Positions 24,288 to 37,022 of a DNA stretch of 64,000 nucleotides are shown piece after piece. Source of the DNA: Mizuhopecten yessoensis (lineage: Eukaryota). The notes beneath the pieces are model-generated. The model did not search any database. It was not told the DNA's origin and saw only the letters and a list, made by a program, of their open reading frames with translations. The stretch is taken from positions 1,017,206 to 1,081,205 of the forward strand of contig NW_018408551.1 in NCBI RefSeq assembly GCF_002113885.1, read 5' to 3'. Positions within the stretch are counted from its first letter, which is position 1. The number at the start of each line of letters is the position of its first letter. A program made the translations under genes and the position numbers.

Positions 24288-24355
24288 AATAAATAAAAAA
24301 TAAAAAATAAAAAAAAATAAAAAATCTTTATTTTTTTTTTTTTTTTTTTATTTTT
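24288..24355. repeat. A-rich tract directly followed by T-rich tract (low-complexity inverted repeat)
   Basis: (taaaaaa)n-like run followed by poly-T. Confidence 0.9.
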
Positions 24356-25059
24356 CCTTTGGATTGGATTATGAACAGTTCTTTTTCACACTACCAATAA
24401 AAACGGGTTAAAAAAGAACTTTTCATAAAATTATCTAATGAAAGTTAGATTAACATGACTCACTATGGTCATAGACTGTGGAACTTCTTTATATATATTT
24501 TTCGGTTTACAAATAACGAGTTATGCCGTGTCATTTTATTTGGATGATTTAAACGCAAAATAGAATAAATAAATAAATAAAACAAAGCCATGTTTAACGG
24601 GTTATAACCAAATTTGTATTTCACTTCAAATATTTTTGTAATATTGTGTTTCAGTTGCTTAATTGGAAGAGTTAACCACTATAATGGTACATTAATGATT
24701 CGGTTTTTTTAACCAATCAGGGTGACAGAGAGTAATTTTAAACTAGCTGATAAACTCTTATGTTTTACGGATACCTCTAGATCTGACGTTTAATAGATGA
24801 TCATGAAATTGATAGAGAGGGGAAAGATGGGTAGAAATAACTTAATTTTTTTCTCGAATGATGTTAATAACTTTAGTTGTTAATCGCCTTTCAAGCTAAA
24901 ATTACTTATACATAACAACAGAATAAGATAAGATAGAACTCCATGATATCGCTATAAATTAAAGAAAAAAACAATAACTGCTTATATATCATGCAGTTAA
25001 AATTTACCACGTATTACAGCAACATTATTCTGAACAAAATCCTGCTTCAATCTTAAACG

Positions 25060-26057
25060 GTTTCAGTGATTAACTTTTACACGATAATTGATACGTTTTA
25101 CACTCTAGCCGTGTAACAGTTTCAGGGATTAACTTTTACACGATAATTGATACGTTTTACACTCTAGCCGTGAAACATTTCAGTGATTAACTTTTACACG
25201 ATAATTGATACGTTTTACACTCTAGCGGTGTAACAGTTTCAGGGATACACATTTCCTCTCTGTTCGTGATACAGTTTCAGTGGTAACTTTACACGTTGAC
25301 CGTGATACAGTTTCAGTGGTAACTTTTAAACGCTGGCTGTAATTGTGATAAAGTGTCACACGCTGACCAGGATACAGTTTCAGGGGTAACTTTACACGCT
25401 GGCCGTGATACAGTTTCAGTGGTAACTTTTAAACGCTGGCTGTAATTGTGATAAAGTGTCATACGCTGACAAGGATACAGTTTCAGTGGTAACTTTACAC
25501 GCTGGCCGTGATACGGTTTTAGTGATAACTTTACACGCTGGCCGTGATAGGTTTCAGTGATAACTTTTCACGCTGGCCGTGATAGGTTTCAGTGATAACT
25601 TTACACGCTGGCCGTGATACGGTTTCAGTGATAACTTTACAAGCTGGCCGTGATACGGTTTCAGTGATTACTTTACACGCTGGCCGTGATACGGTTTTAG
25701 TGATAACTTTACACGCTGGCCGTGATACGGTTTCAGTGATAACTTTACACGCTGGCCATGACAAGGTGTCAGTGATAACTCTACACGCTGGCCGTGATAC
25801 GGTTTTAGTGATTACTGTACACGCTGGCCGTGATACGATTTCAGTGATTACTTTACACGCTGGCCGTGATAGGTTTCAGTGATTACTTTACACGCTGGCC
25901 GTGATACGGTTTCAGTGATAACTTTATACGCTGGCCGTGACACGGTTTCAGTGATAACTTTACACGCTGGCAGTGACACGGTTTCAGTGATTACTTTTCA
26001 CGCTGGCCGTGATAGGTTTCAGTGATAACTTTACACGCTGGCCGTGACAAGGTTTCA
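25060..26057. repeat. Composite minisatellite: 36/35-bp unit with 58-60-bp and 67-bp derivative units at the left end
   Basis: Unit gtttcagtgataactttacacgctggccgtgatacg; left part is 3 x ~59 bp, one 38-bp unit, then (36+67) x2. Confidence 0.97.
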
Positions 26058-29000
26058 CTAAGAAGTGTTACATTTTGGCTGTTACAGTATACTATACCGA
26101 AGTACATATATACACGTACCTATAATAAACGGGCGTCTATATTAAAATTCGACTGAAAGGATAATTCAGCTTTGATGTAACAGATCAAAAATCAACAAGT
26201 GTCAAATATTTACTCCCAGACTGGGATGTAGAGAGTTATTGTACAAAACACCGTCTTAAGTACTTTTCGAACATTAACTTAAAATAAGGACTTGACTTTG
26301 CATGCTGACACTATAGAAAACATTCAAGTTAAGTAAAAGTAGTTTCATAAACATAAAAACATAATCGTTTCGACACCACCATATAACAATTCATATAAAA
26401 ACAGTTCATACCATGGCAGACGACTGTTTGGTCGACCTTTTAAGAAGATTTGGCCAAACGTTTTACCCCCAAACCAATTTGTCAACCGGACAATGAACAA
26501 GGCGGATTAATCTGCTTAGTGCCCGATCTTAGAAAATCCTGTAATGCCACTTCACCAGGTGTCTTCTCTTACGTTCGAGTTGACAGCCACAGGGAATGTT
26601 CCACCGTAAGTCATGAAAAGATTCTGAAGGTTTTTAAATCGTTTAAAATTTAAAGCTGTTATTTAAGTTCGAAAGATCAACTACTTTTTTAACCCAAGGG
26701 GAATATTTGAGGCTTTTCATTCCATTCATTTATTTCAATAAACTTGGGTTTAACAGACGAAACACCTGAACATAAATATGAAAAATCGTTCACCTTTTAA
26801 GATGATTAAATATTTAAATGTTTATAACAGCTATTAGAAGGACCGTGTCTCTACATTTCATAAAATTCTTCTTGCGCATAAGTCGAATTTTAAATCTTAA
26901 AGAAATCCTAATTAATGACATTTAACCTCTGTCTGAATATTGACTTCAACCTTTAAAATATAAATTGATAACGATTTTATATTATCTCTGTTTAAAACAA
27001 TTAAGTGGTAAAGAATACCGATATGATTTAGGTGAAGATTGATAGTATGAATGAAATCATCTAACAAAACAAACGAGTACAAAAGTATTTACGGTCGATT
27101 TAATTTATCTTCGCGTTTAAAAATATTGTGATTGACGATATTATGTATCTTACAACAAAGACTTGAAGAATATACCCTTTTGATAATTTTGATATCACCA
27201 ATCTACCAAGACGCTCTGCTCTTCTCTCTGTAAATTTTATTCAGCATATGTTGCATCCCATCTCCTGCCCTCCTCTTCTTCTCCTCCCCTCCTGTTTTCC
27301 ACACTTAAATGAATGGATTGTCAATCGTATCGTTTCCCCGTATAAACGGTGCTCGGCTATACCAGGTTGGATGGGCATCAGAGGGGAGGATCTGTCCCGG
27401 ATTAGATGTTGACTGACACACCCATGTCTCCGGCACCTTTCACCGGCTACCTGATACAACAATGCCTTAACTACCTTTTTCGCACCTGCCTAGGTAGCCA
27501 CATCGGATGTTTCCGGATAAATTACCTCTTAATATAATTGCAGTATCTAAGTTAGCGTCTCTACTACAAAGCCGTGAGGTCACCACTACCAATTGTAGTT
27601 GTGCTTTTACAAACATTTCCCCGTTATATTCGATTAATTGTTTAATTGGATATTACCCAATGTTGTGTGATGTTCCTTCAGAATGCTACCGATATTGACA
27701 GAACTGTAGCTGGCCTCTACAATCGAAGATGGCCGCATTGTACTCTCCTGTTTTTCTTTAAAAGCAGATGGTTGTCTTGTAATGACAGTTGAATTGTTTA
27801 ATTGATTTTGTGATGGATACAAGCGATAACCTTTGTTGAAGTGAAAACGAAGCAAATAGCATACGTAGAAACACTTCTCTGTTTCAAGTGGCTAAGTAGC
27901 AAGTGCGAAATACTTAAACCAGAAATTTGTTTAGATACCCTCTCTAGTGCTTGAGGGTCAGCGATTATTAAAAAAGTGTATCATAATATTTTTTGTCCGA
28001 GCTGTTGATATCAAGTGTTGAGGGTATATATGGTATTTACTCGAACTCGTACAGTGATAGGGTTGCGAAAAGGTGCAGATGGAGTATAGCAGCATTGTAA
28101 TCGATGACGCCATGAGACGAGAGTGGGAGAAGGGGTGCTAGGGGGAACAGTATGAGGGGGTTTGGTGAGGGGTCATATAACGTCAGCGAATGGTCATACG
28201 GCAAATGGTAAGGGATAGAAAGGTCAAGAGATAAATAAACAAGGGATATGAGAAAGTACCGGTGGTCATTCATATAGTTTTATCACAATATACGTCACAA
28301 TTACATGTTAGATTTACAAGCAGAGCTATTTAAAAAAAAAATAGCATAACAAGACCTGACATAATAATAGCAGGTCCATGTTTGTACTGCATGGTGCACA
28401 CACATGAACCGTCCATATGTATATAATACTTTCATGTCTTATTTCAATAGGTTGATACTGCAATGCTTTGTTCCATGATATATCTATATCAGCGTTTCCT
28501 GTAGATGTGGCAGCAATCATGTTGTCTACTGTGATGTCAATTAAAGGAAACCATTCGCTATCCGACTTCTGGATGACAAATATCTATTATAGTATCACAA
28601 CGATATTTAGTAATATTGTGTAATCAAAACTAATGGCGATTAATAAAAAGCATGCCGCCAGACCTATAGTCCCCTTATTACAATATCTTTAAGTTCGCAT
28701 GCAGTTGACTTTTAACGTATATGTCATGTGAATACAACACAATTACTACTACACTGGATTTATATACAGATGTTATAGGACTAACTGTTTGACCTGTTAC
28801 GTAATGGCTGGATACAACAGTCCTACAAAGACCATTCGTTCTCGAACACTTATTAGCTCCATTGGTGGTGGGATAAACAGGGTAATTTACCCATTTACGT
28901 GTCAAGACAACAGGTCAACAGTTGCCCTATGTAGCTAAGGATAAATCCAGGTCAGATAGATAAGGGATACGGTACACCGTGTATAATGATTGAAATATCA

Positions 29001-32000
29001 TATATTTTAGTCGTATATATTCATAAGAAGCATTCCTTGAACATTTTGTCCTTTGTTTTGTTAGCACTGTGACGGATCCAACATGTTGCGCATGACCATT
29101 GTCTCTTCTTGTCAAGTTCACTTTGCGTTTTGATCATATTCTTGTTCAGTGAGTGTATGTGTCATGCTTTGTTTAGTTCTACGATGCTCATTTTAATGTA
29201 TGCATGATTAAGAATAGATACACATGACTTGTTTGGCCCTGAAAGTAAATGTAAAAGGATAAAATAATTACTCGAATCGTAGATAATACATTTCCATTGA
29301 ATAACAACGAAATGCTACGAATACAGCAAATACGATAGTAAAACTAGTGTAACATGGTCAACAACAACAACAACAGCAAAAACCCCGTACGTCCTGTTGC
29401 CGAGGCCCTGACGTCTCAAGTCTAATCCAGTTAGCATTTATTCAGGTAAAAGAATTTATAGATGAATAAATGTTTACAAATTATATTTAATAACTTTACA
29501 ATCATTATTTAAATTTCCCCCTGTTGAAAATGTAATACATACGGCATATGGAAACAACGCACGCATATTGATGTATCGATTTAATTACTGTATATGTCTA
29601 CGCGCCTTTTTTCTACTAAATATATAATATGAAAGAAAAGGGAACGAATTTTATTTTTATATTTATTTATAGGCAATGGGAAATATTCTCCTATTGTGTG
29701 AAAAGATGAGTGTTTAAGGTGAGGCTATATTCATATAATGGCTGGAGGAATTTAAAATATTGGGAGGAAGCAAATGTCCAACCTACGCATTTGGGAATCC
29801 CGACCAGATGATACGCGTTGTTTTTGGTGTCCTTGGATTACCGTGCCTACTTGATCCCTTAATCAGCACTGTCCGCATACCTCACTACAGGTGCGAATGT
29901 TCATTACACTGTCGAGTCAACACCAATTTAGTATCGGTCATTTACTAATTCTATTTCTATCTGTTCCGCAGATTCCATCAAAGACTCCGTACCTAAGTCC
30001 TTTACCTCTGAGTGTTACCCTTACGTTTGTCATTATCTACCGTCACCTCGCTTTGTCGTGTATTACATCACTACGGGAGCCTTCTGACTTTTGAATTGCG
30101 ACCGCTAACTCGGTAACGGCTATTATTTCCTCGGACTGTAATTGTTAAATCGTCAGCAACCTCCCCCGAGATGACCGCTTACTAGGGTAACCGCTGGAGA
30201 TGAATACGGGGTAAACAGTGTTAATTGTTTGACTTTTAGGCACCGGTCAGTTTGACCTTCAAGCCTACACGACAGTACATAAGCTTCAACATCATTACGT
30301 AAGGCCACTACACGCCATCTCAGTAAAACTGTCGAAGAAAGACTCTCTGCCTGGAACGTTCGGGTGACTGACACTTACATCGTCAATAACTGGCGAACTA
30401 TCTTACAAAAATAACCTATATATGTTCAAACGGTACACCAATTAAAACGATGACTCGTCATCTGGAACACTTTTATTTGAAATGTACAAAATCTTATAAG
30501 TAACAATAAACTGGAATTTCATTTCAAATTCTGTATAAGCTGTCCATGCTTACGGCGGGCGAGTGTCCCTACCTTATGTAATGTAGGAGCTACAATACCC
30601 TAACGTCAGTTTGCCCACAGGTGCTGAGAGCTGACCTAGAAAGGGCCAGACCCTAATACCCACACAAAACAAACGAACCAGTCCTTTAAGAATTATATAT
30701 CAAAGGGATTTACATGAAAAGTAAATAATCAATAAAGTCGGATAAAATGCATAAAGGAAGTACACAATTGAAGTTTTCTTTGAGTCCAAAATCAGTGCCT
30801 CATATTAGATTTTGCTTGAAACTCACTTTGCTGCGAATTTAAAGATATTATTTATTTTCAATTAGTAAGAGAATTAAGCATTAGTAACTTAAGATGTCAC
30901 ATATCTCAATTCTCAAGTGGAAATGTCCATGTATGTAGAGGTATTCTGGATGGCCGATTCATTAAGGGATAGAAAGTTCAACAGGCATATTAAGACCTTT
31001 ATTTACATGATGAACTACAAAAGCTTTCTTTATTTCAATGAATGTAATTCTATGGAAACCTACTGACGATGTCGTTGTATTATGCTGATGTTTAATATAT
31101 CATTTTGGTTGGTTGCTCTATCTTCATACATTTTAATAATAAACATAAAATGCACAAACCAACAGAATTGATTAAAATAAACATTAAATAGCATGAACAA
31201 TCCCAAAAATAATGGGGAACTGTCTGGTATTTATAATGTCACCTATCTGATCAGAAATAGACTAGTTATTGTCAATTGCTATAAAGTCAACACTTCTTCG
31301 CTTATCCATCAATAGACTGAGTATTTGATATTCAAAAAGATTTGTAATTATCTTCACTTTTTTATTTTTGAGACAAATTGATTCATATAAGTATAAAACA
31401 TTTTCTTTTTGATTTAATAGATCTGGTAGCTGATACAGGAGCACACATTATTAAAAAAGATCAGCTTTAAAAAGAAATCAAAATAAACGATTCAAGTGTT
31501 AGGTTGATATAAGCAGTAAAGGGGTCGACCAACCTTTGACTCTTGCCAACTTTAAGATCCGTAATCCACACATTCTTTTTATGCAAACAATCAAGATTAA
31601 AGAATTAAACTTTAATTCTTTAAAATACATATATGCCATTCACAATTACTATACTTAATAGATTTAATTTACGTATAAGTTATTATGCCAGACTGTTTAT
31701 TAAAACGGAATTATGGAGTTTTGAAATATGTTTAAACTCCCTAGCCAATGCCTGATCCTGCCTTAACGCAAAGACTGGTTTCTGAAGCTACTTTAACAAC
31801 CTTTGGAATTTATCGCAAGGTGCAACTCTGCTCCAGGCACTGACCAGTGTATAATGTCCAGAAATACTGACCTCACAGGTGACCACAGGAGCTTAGTATG
31901 ATTTTGGCTGTCATAAAGTCGAACCTTGGTACACTTTAATAAGTGCAAGAGCTTGTTTAGGCTAGGTTCGTAAAAGATGTAGTACAATATCAAAATCGTT

Positions 32001-32425
32001 GACGGTAATACATTTTCTTACAGGTACATCAACATTTTTAGTTAAACAGGGATGCTTGTTACATTTGGATATTTTAATATCTAAATTTAATGAATTGACA
32101 TTTTGATGTTAAATGTTTATATATTTCTATTATTTCTATTTATGTTTATTCGGCATCTTTGTACATTTGTATGCATATATGTTAATTGTTATTTTTCATA
32201 TTAGGAGGAAAGAAATGAGAAAATGAAATGTAATTATTGTGTATTGTTGTGAAAAAAACCCAAAAAGTTCTTTAGCATTATTTCGACGACTTGGTAGTCT
32301 TATTAAAATAGTTAAGTTTATATCATCAATGCTATTAATAATGAAAATAGATTAGATAGCTTGTTCAGACTCTCAAAAACGATCATATTTATGTATTTCT
32401 GATCATGCAAGTACAGGCATTATTT

Positions 32426-32655
32426 GTGTCTAACTCCGAGATATCTCGAATTAAAATAAGTCCATCTGCACGCTCATAGGAACTAACAATGTAGGAGTAG
32501 TAACGCTATGTTTCTATATCGAGTGGCGAGATGAAACGTTGCCCACGTATATATTCACGAGATAAACGGCATTACTGTATCTAGTTAGGTTTCATAGGAT
32601 TCTTTCCTGTATTCAGTTTTGAGATAAAGCGATATTCCTAATCGAGTTGTATTGC
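32426..32655. mobile_element. Possible decayed Tc1/mariner-pogo-type MITE
   Basis: Left gtctaactccgagatatctcgaa and right ttgagataaa...atcgagttgtattg resemble CAGTC..CTCGATATCTCGAA-type termini; several internal cgagat motifs. Confidence 0.3.
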
Positions 32656-35600
32656 TTACAATATAAAACTATAACATTCTATATCAAGTTATAATATATA
32701 TTTCTATATATTTATTGATATATTTATTTTAAGATGACAAAATCCTAAATTTATTATGTCTTAGGCGTTTTTGTGTTATTTCTGATGTTTTAGTGATTAT
32801 TCTAGTCAAAAGATGGAAAACAATAAGTGCCCACAATTGGAAATCTGTTGATTCAGGCGATTGTAAGATTTTATCAGGATCAACACTGACGACAGAACGG
32901 AACTATCCAAAATGTCATTACGCTTATAAACTCTCAATATAGTTTTGATCGTTTATCGTTTTGTTGGTTTATTTATTTTTAATTTAGTTTTTCTTATTTG
33001 TATATTTTTGATTCTTGCGTCTTTTGTAATATTTGGAAATTATATCAATCACATAACTCAAGTATTATTTCTGAATTAAATGTAACTAGGAATGAAAATT
33101 GAAAAGTGATAATGGAACTTATTTTTACGAGTATTATATATCTGACTTAATTATCTAAATTTGAAAACCTTTTGCCTGGAATACTGTTATATAAAATTAT
33201 AATGAATTCACTGAGATCTATGAATCCTTTTCTTAATATATATTTTGATATTTTTATCCAACACATTTAACTAAATTACTCAATTTTTCTGATTAAAATT
33301 TCAAAACCATGGATATATTCACAATTTGAATTAGCATCATTTTTAAACACATTTAGAAACTGAACACATTTACACCGATTTAATATAACGAAGAATAATG
33401 GAAGGCAAGATTGCTTCGAAAAAAAATACTTTCGTTTATTCTCTGCATTATGGTGGCCCTTAGAGTGCGCTTGTATTCTCAAAGTCTCCAAAACATAAAC
33501 CTTAATTGTGATTTACTTCAGTGCACCAGAATGATAAAAAATAGACGTCTTCCGTCTAAAAAAAATAGCCGATATCAAACACAACTATTATGCAAGTGTT
33601 TATAAAAAGAAAATCTTTTGAAATTTAACACAGATGAGCAACCCCTTAAGATACGTGGTTTTAAACACCGACCTTGAAACAAACTCATTAACTCACATAA
33701 TCACGAATAACGCTATTCTTATATACTCAACAGAGGCTGCTGGGAGTTTTATATTTTCACTCAATTACAAAATGAGTATTTATCTCACACGTTTAGTGGC
33801 GGACTCTCTTTACAACCTGCACGGTAGCGCCCGAGTATCACCCAGTGCAGATCGCACACTACAATAGGTAAGATTCCTGCATATGTGACTTACATTTGTA
33901 TAAATGAAATTGAGCAGATAGGAAAATAAACATTTAAACCTATTAAACCTTTTGAGTAAAGCATGTAGTACAATGTATGAGATGAATTGACTTTTTGATC
34001 CTTTTTAGGAATAGGCAATAAGCCATTATGTGCAATACTAGGGCAATTTGAGGTGAGCAAGTCGACTGGGTTCGATTAAACACCCGAACCATTCACTTAT
34101 CAACTAAACGACAAAACTCGATTTAGTACACTGAATGTGTTAGATATTCCATTATGCTTCCGGAAGTTGGGCCATAAATGTTAAAACTTTGATCGCTTTC
34201 TGGTTGCCATTGTGATTTACGTGACGTAAAAGCGGATTTCATTTCCCGCGGATTTCCTTAACACTGCCTTTGAACACTTAGCAGCCACGGAGCTGATTGT
34301 TTCATAATGAAAAGCTCCACGTTTAATTTTTAAACACTTCTGAATTGGACATTTGGTATGTGTATTAGGTTTAAAATCACATCAAAGACTCGTATATATA
34401 TCAGCAGCAACACCTCATCTTTTCCATCAAAAAGCATGCTAAGTCGCTTATTTATTCTCTACTGGCTACGGCTAGAACAATTAAGACTGAAATGCTATTA
34501 ACAGCTAATCAATATTTATGGACTCAGTTTTTGCAACCTTGGGGCTATAGAGGAGTTCACCATCAATTGGATATATGAATTGCTTACGCTAAATGCACAA
34601 ACCTGATTTTTTGTGTGCTGTGTTTTAGGTGCTGGTATCAGTTCAGATGATAATATATATAAATATTTAGTAAGTTCGTGAATCCTGATTGGCCAATTCA
34701 AAATCTGCGAATTTTTATATGGACGAATAGATAAAGATATCTGGATACAAATACACAAGTGATGGTTAACTGCAGGTTCACGAGTTGGAAAAGAAAAGAT
34801 GTGATATTAACCTGAAATATCTACTTGCTGCATGAGTTATTGATACAGTTTGCATTATCTTTGTAAGGAAGTTGTAATAAGATAACACACTTCTGTTGTT
34901 AATAATGTTTATGATATATCGATCGACAAGGCATCTACTTTTTATTCCTATAGGAGTGGTTCTTACATATAATACTGTAGCTCATACTTTTGTCCTGTAA
35001 CTATCATATTATATTGTGTTTATACTATAGTCAATCTTACATCCACGAGTTTTCAGAAATATATCAGATTTAATGCTTCTCCTGAGCAGAGGACTATGTT
35101 ATCATCATACTCAGTTGTTTCCTCTTTATTCAATGCTATTGGGCTCATGTTATATCATATAGTGTATTAAAACGTCTTGTTCAATAGCTATGCATGGCTA
35201 TTTACATAATTTATTTATTTAATGGTTATCGTCCCTTAAACACATCACCAATAATAGATTCATACACAGGCTGCATATATCATTTAGAAATATAAACATA
35301 TACCCGTTCATGTAATTACCAAAAAACGCGCTCAGCTTTGAGATGCACGTGTCTCTTTGGTTCTGGGACGGGGACTGTGCATGCTTTCTACACGTGTAGT
35401 AAATAAACGATTAGCCTTTTCAACTATTGAGAAAGATTATGATTAATGGACAAACAGCACGCATATTCAGTGGTACTATCATCGAACACTAGACAGTATA
35501 CAATTATCCAATAATTAGCCAGCTACTTGCCTCTAATCATACCCAAAAACAAATGTCTGGAAGTTATAATTTCATATCATTGGAGAATGGAGAACACATC

Positions 35601-37008
35601 TTGTTCGCAAATTTTGTATTCTGTATTCACTTCGACCTGTATTCGCCGAACCAGGCACTGCCGCCAACTGTGGATTTATAAAAGCTGATTTATAAACGTC
35701 AGACACATTTTATGTGCTTTCAAGGTTATGTGCTTTCGATGACAACAAACGTTTGCAGGATATAAATAAATCTGAAAATGAAACAACATCTCTTTAGCAG
35801 AAAACGTAAGAATGAAAATATCATGAATAAAACAAAAGAAGGCACTTTTAGCCTGATACAAAGAATTGTGAACGTGTGGCCAAGGAATGGACTATTAACC
35901 TCACACCTGTCGAGGTGTTAAAACAAAAGATATTCTTGATCTGGAGTCGACAGGAAGTCTGGGACAATCCTATCTCCACTGTGGAGAGCTCTGTCACTTC
36001 CGTTGCTGTATTAACGTTCATATCCTTGGAGGAAATATCAATTGCAGCGATATCGGGCCCGATAAAGCCGTAAAAGGTGTTGCTGTTAATTAAAATATCT
36101 CATTAACATTACCGGCATCTGGTTAGATTTACAACGTGGTGGGTTATACTGCCCACGGATGATTTAACCTCAGCAAAGATTAATTGAATGATGCTTAGAT
36201 TTGTCTCTCTGTAATTTGAAAAATGCCACAGAATGCAATATACTATTAGGGAACGAAGATTTTACAAAAATGTTTGAAGACGGTATATTAATACATGCTA
36301 TTTGGTGATTTAATCAAAGCATTTTTTCGTCCATCATACTTTTCTCCCTGAATGTAACTTAGAAAGCAAATGAGTAGGCAGTAAGTATGTACACCACATG
36401 AAATAGAAAAAGCAGATACGTTTTGACAGATTTTGTATTCTTCCTTACTTCATCTCATGTACAAATCCCCCCCCCCCCCTTCTAAAAAAACAAAAAAACA
36501 AAAGTTTCGCCTTATCTGATTTTTCAATTGATATGAGTCATTTACAAAACCCCTAATAACCTTGCACTAGGTTAAAATTCAATGTTTTAAATCAATTTTG
36601 CATTTTGTCAAAGAAACCTTTTTCCGATAAAGTGAAATTGTTGATCTTCCAATAGCTAATACAAACACTAACGGATGATTGCATTATAATGATGTTTCTT
36701 CCATGAAAGAAGTTAACTTTTCGACAGAAAATCGATTAGTTTACTTTGAAATTTAAGTTGTGACAAAACTCGCCTTTATAACAATCTATAAAGTTATACA
36801 TTGTATATTTAGCTAATCCATTTCTGTTTGACATCGAAAGTTTACAAAATATCCCCAATAACCCTTGTATCCACTATAAAATGAAGTTTCCTTAGCGATA
36901 CTCACCCATCAACAGAATTCGTTTAATGTGATAAAACTCTTTTACTTTGATGTTTGTGTTTGCACTCAATGACACCTGCTACTTAAATGTTTTTTTGTGA
37001 TCGATGAA

Positions 37009-37022
37009 CCACCCCCTAGCGG
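37009..37022 (-). promoter_or_regulatory. CTCF-like motif
   Basis: Minus strand CCGCTAGGGGGTGG closely matches the CTCF core. Confidence 0.4.

Noticed and set aside
25531-25882. ORFs and CRISPR-like 36-bp periodicity
   Set aside because: Head-to-tail tandem units with no unique spacers; the ORFs are artefacts.
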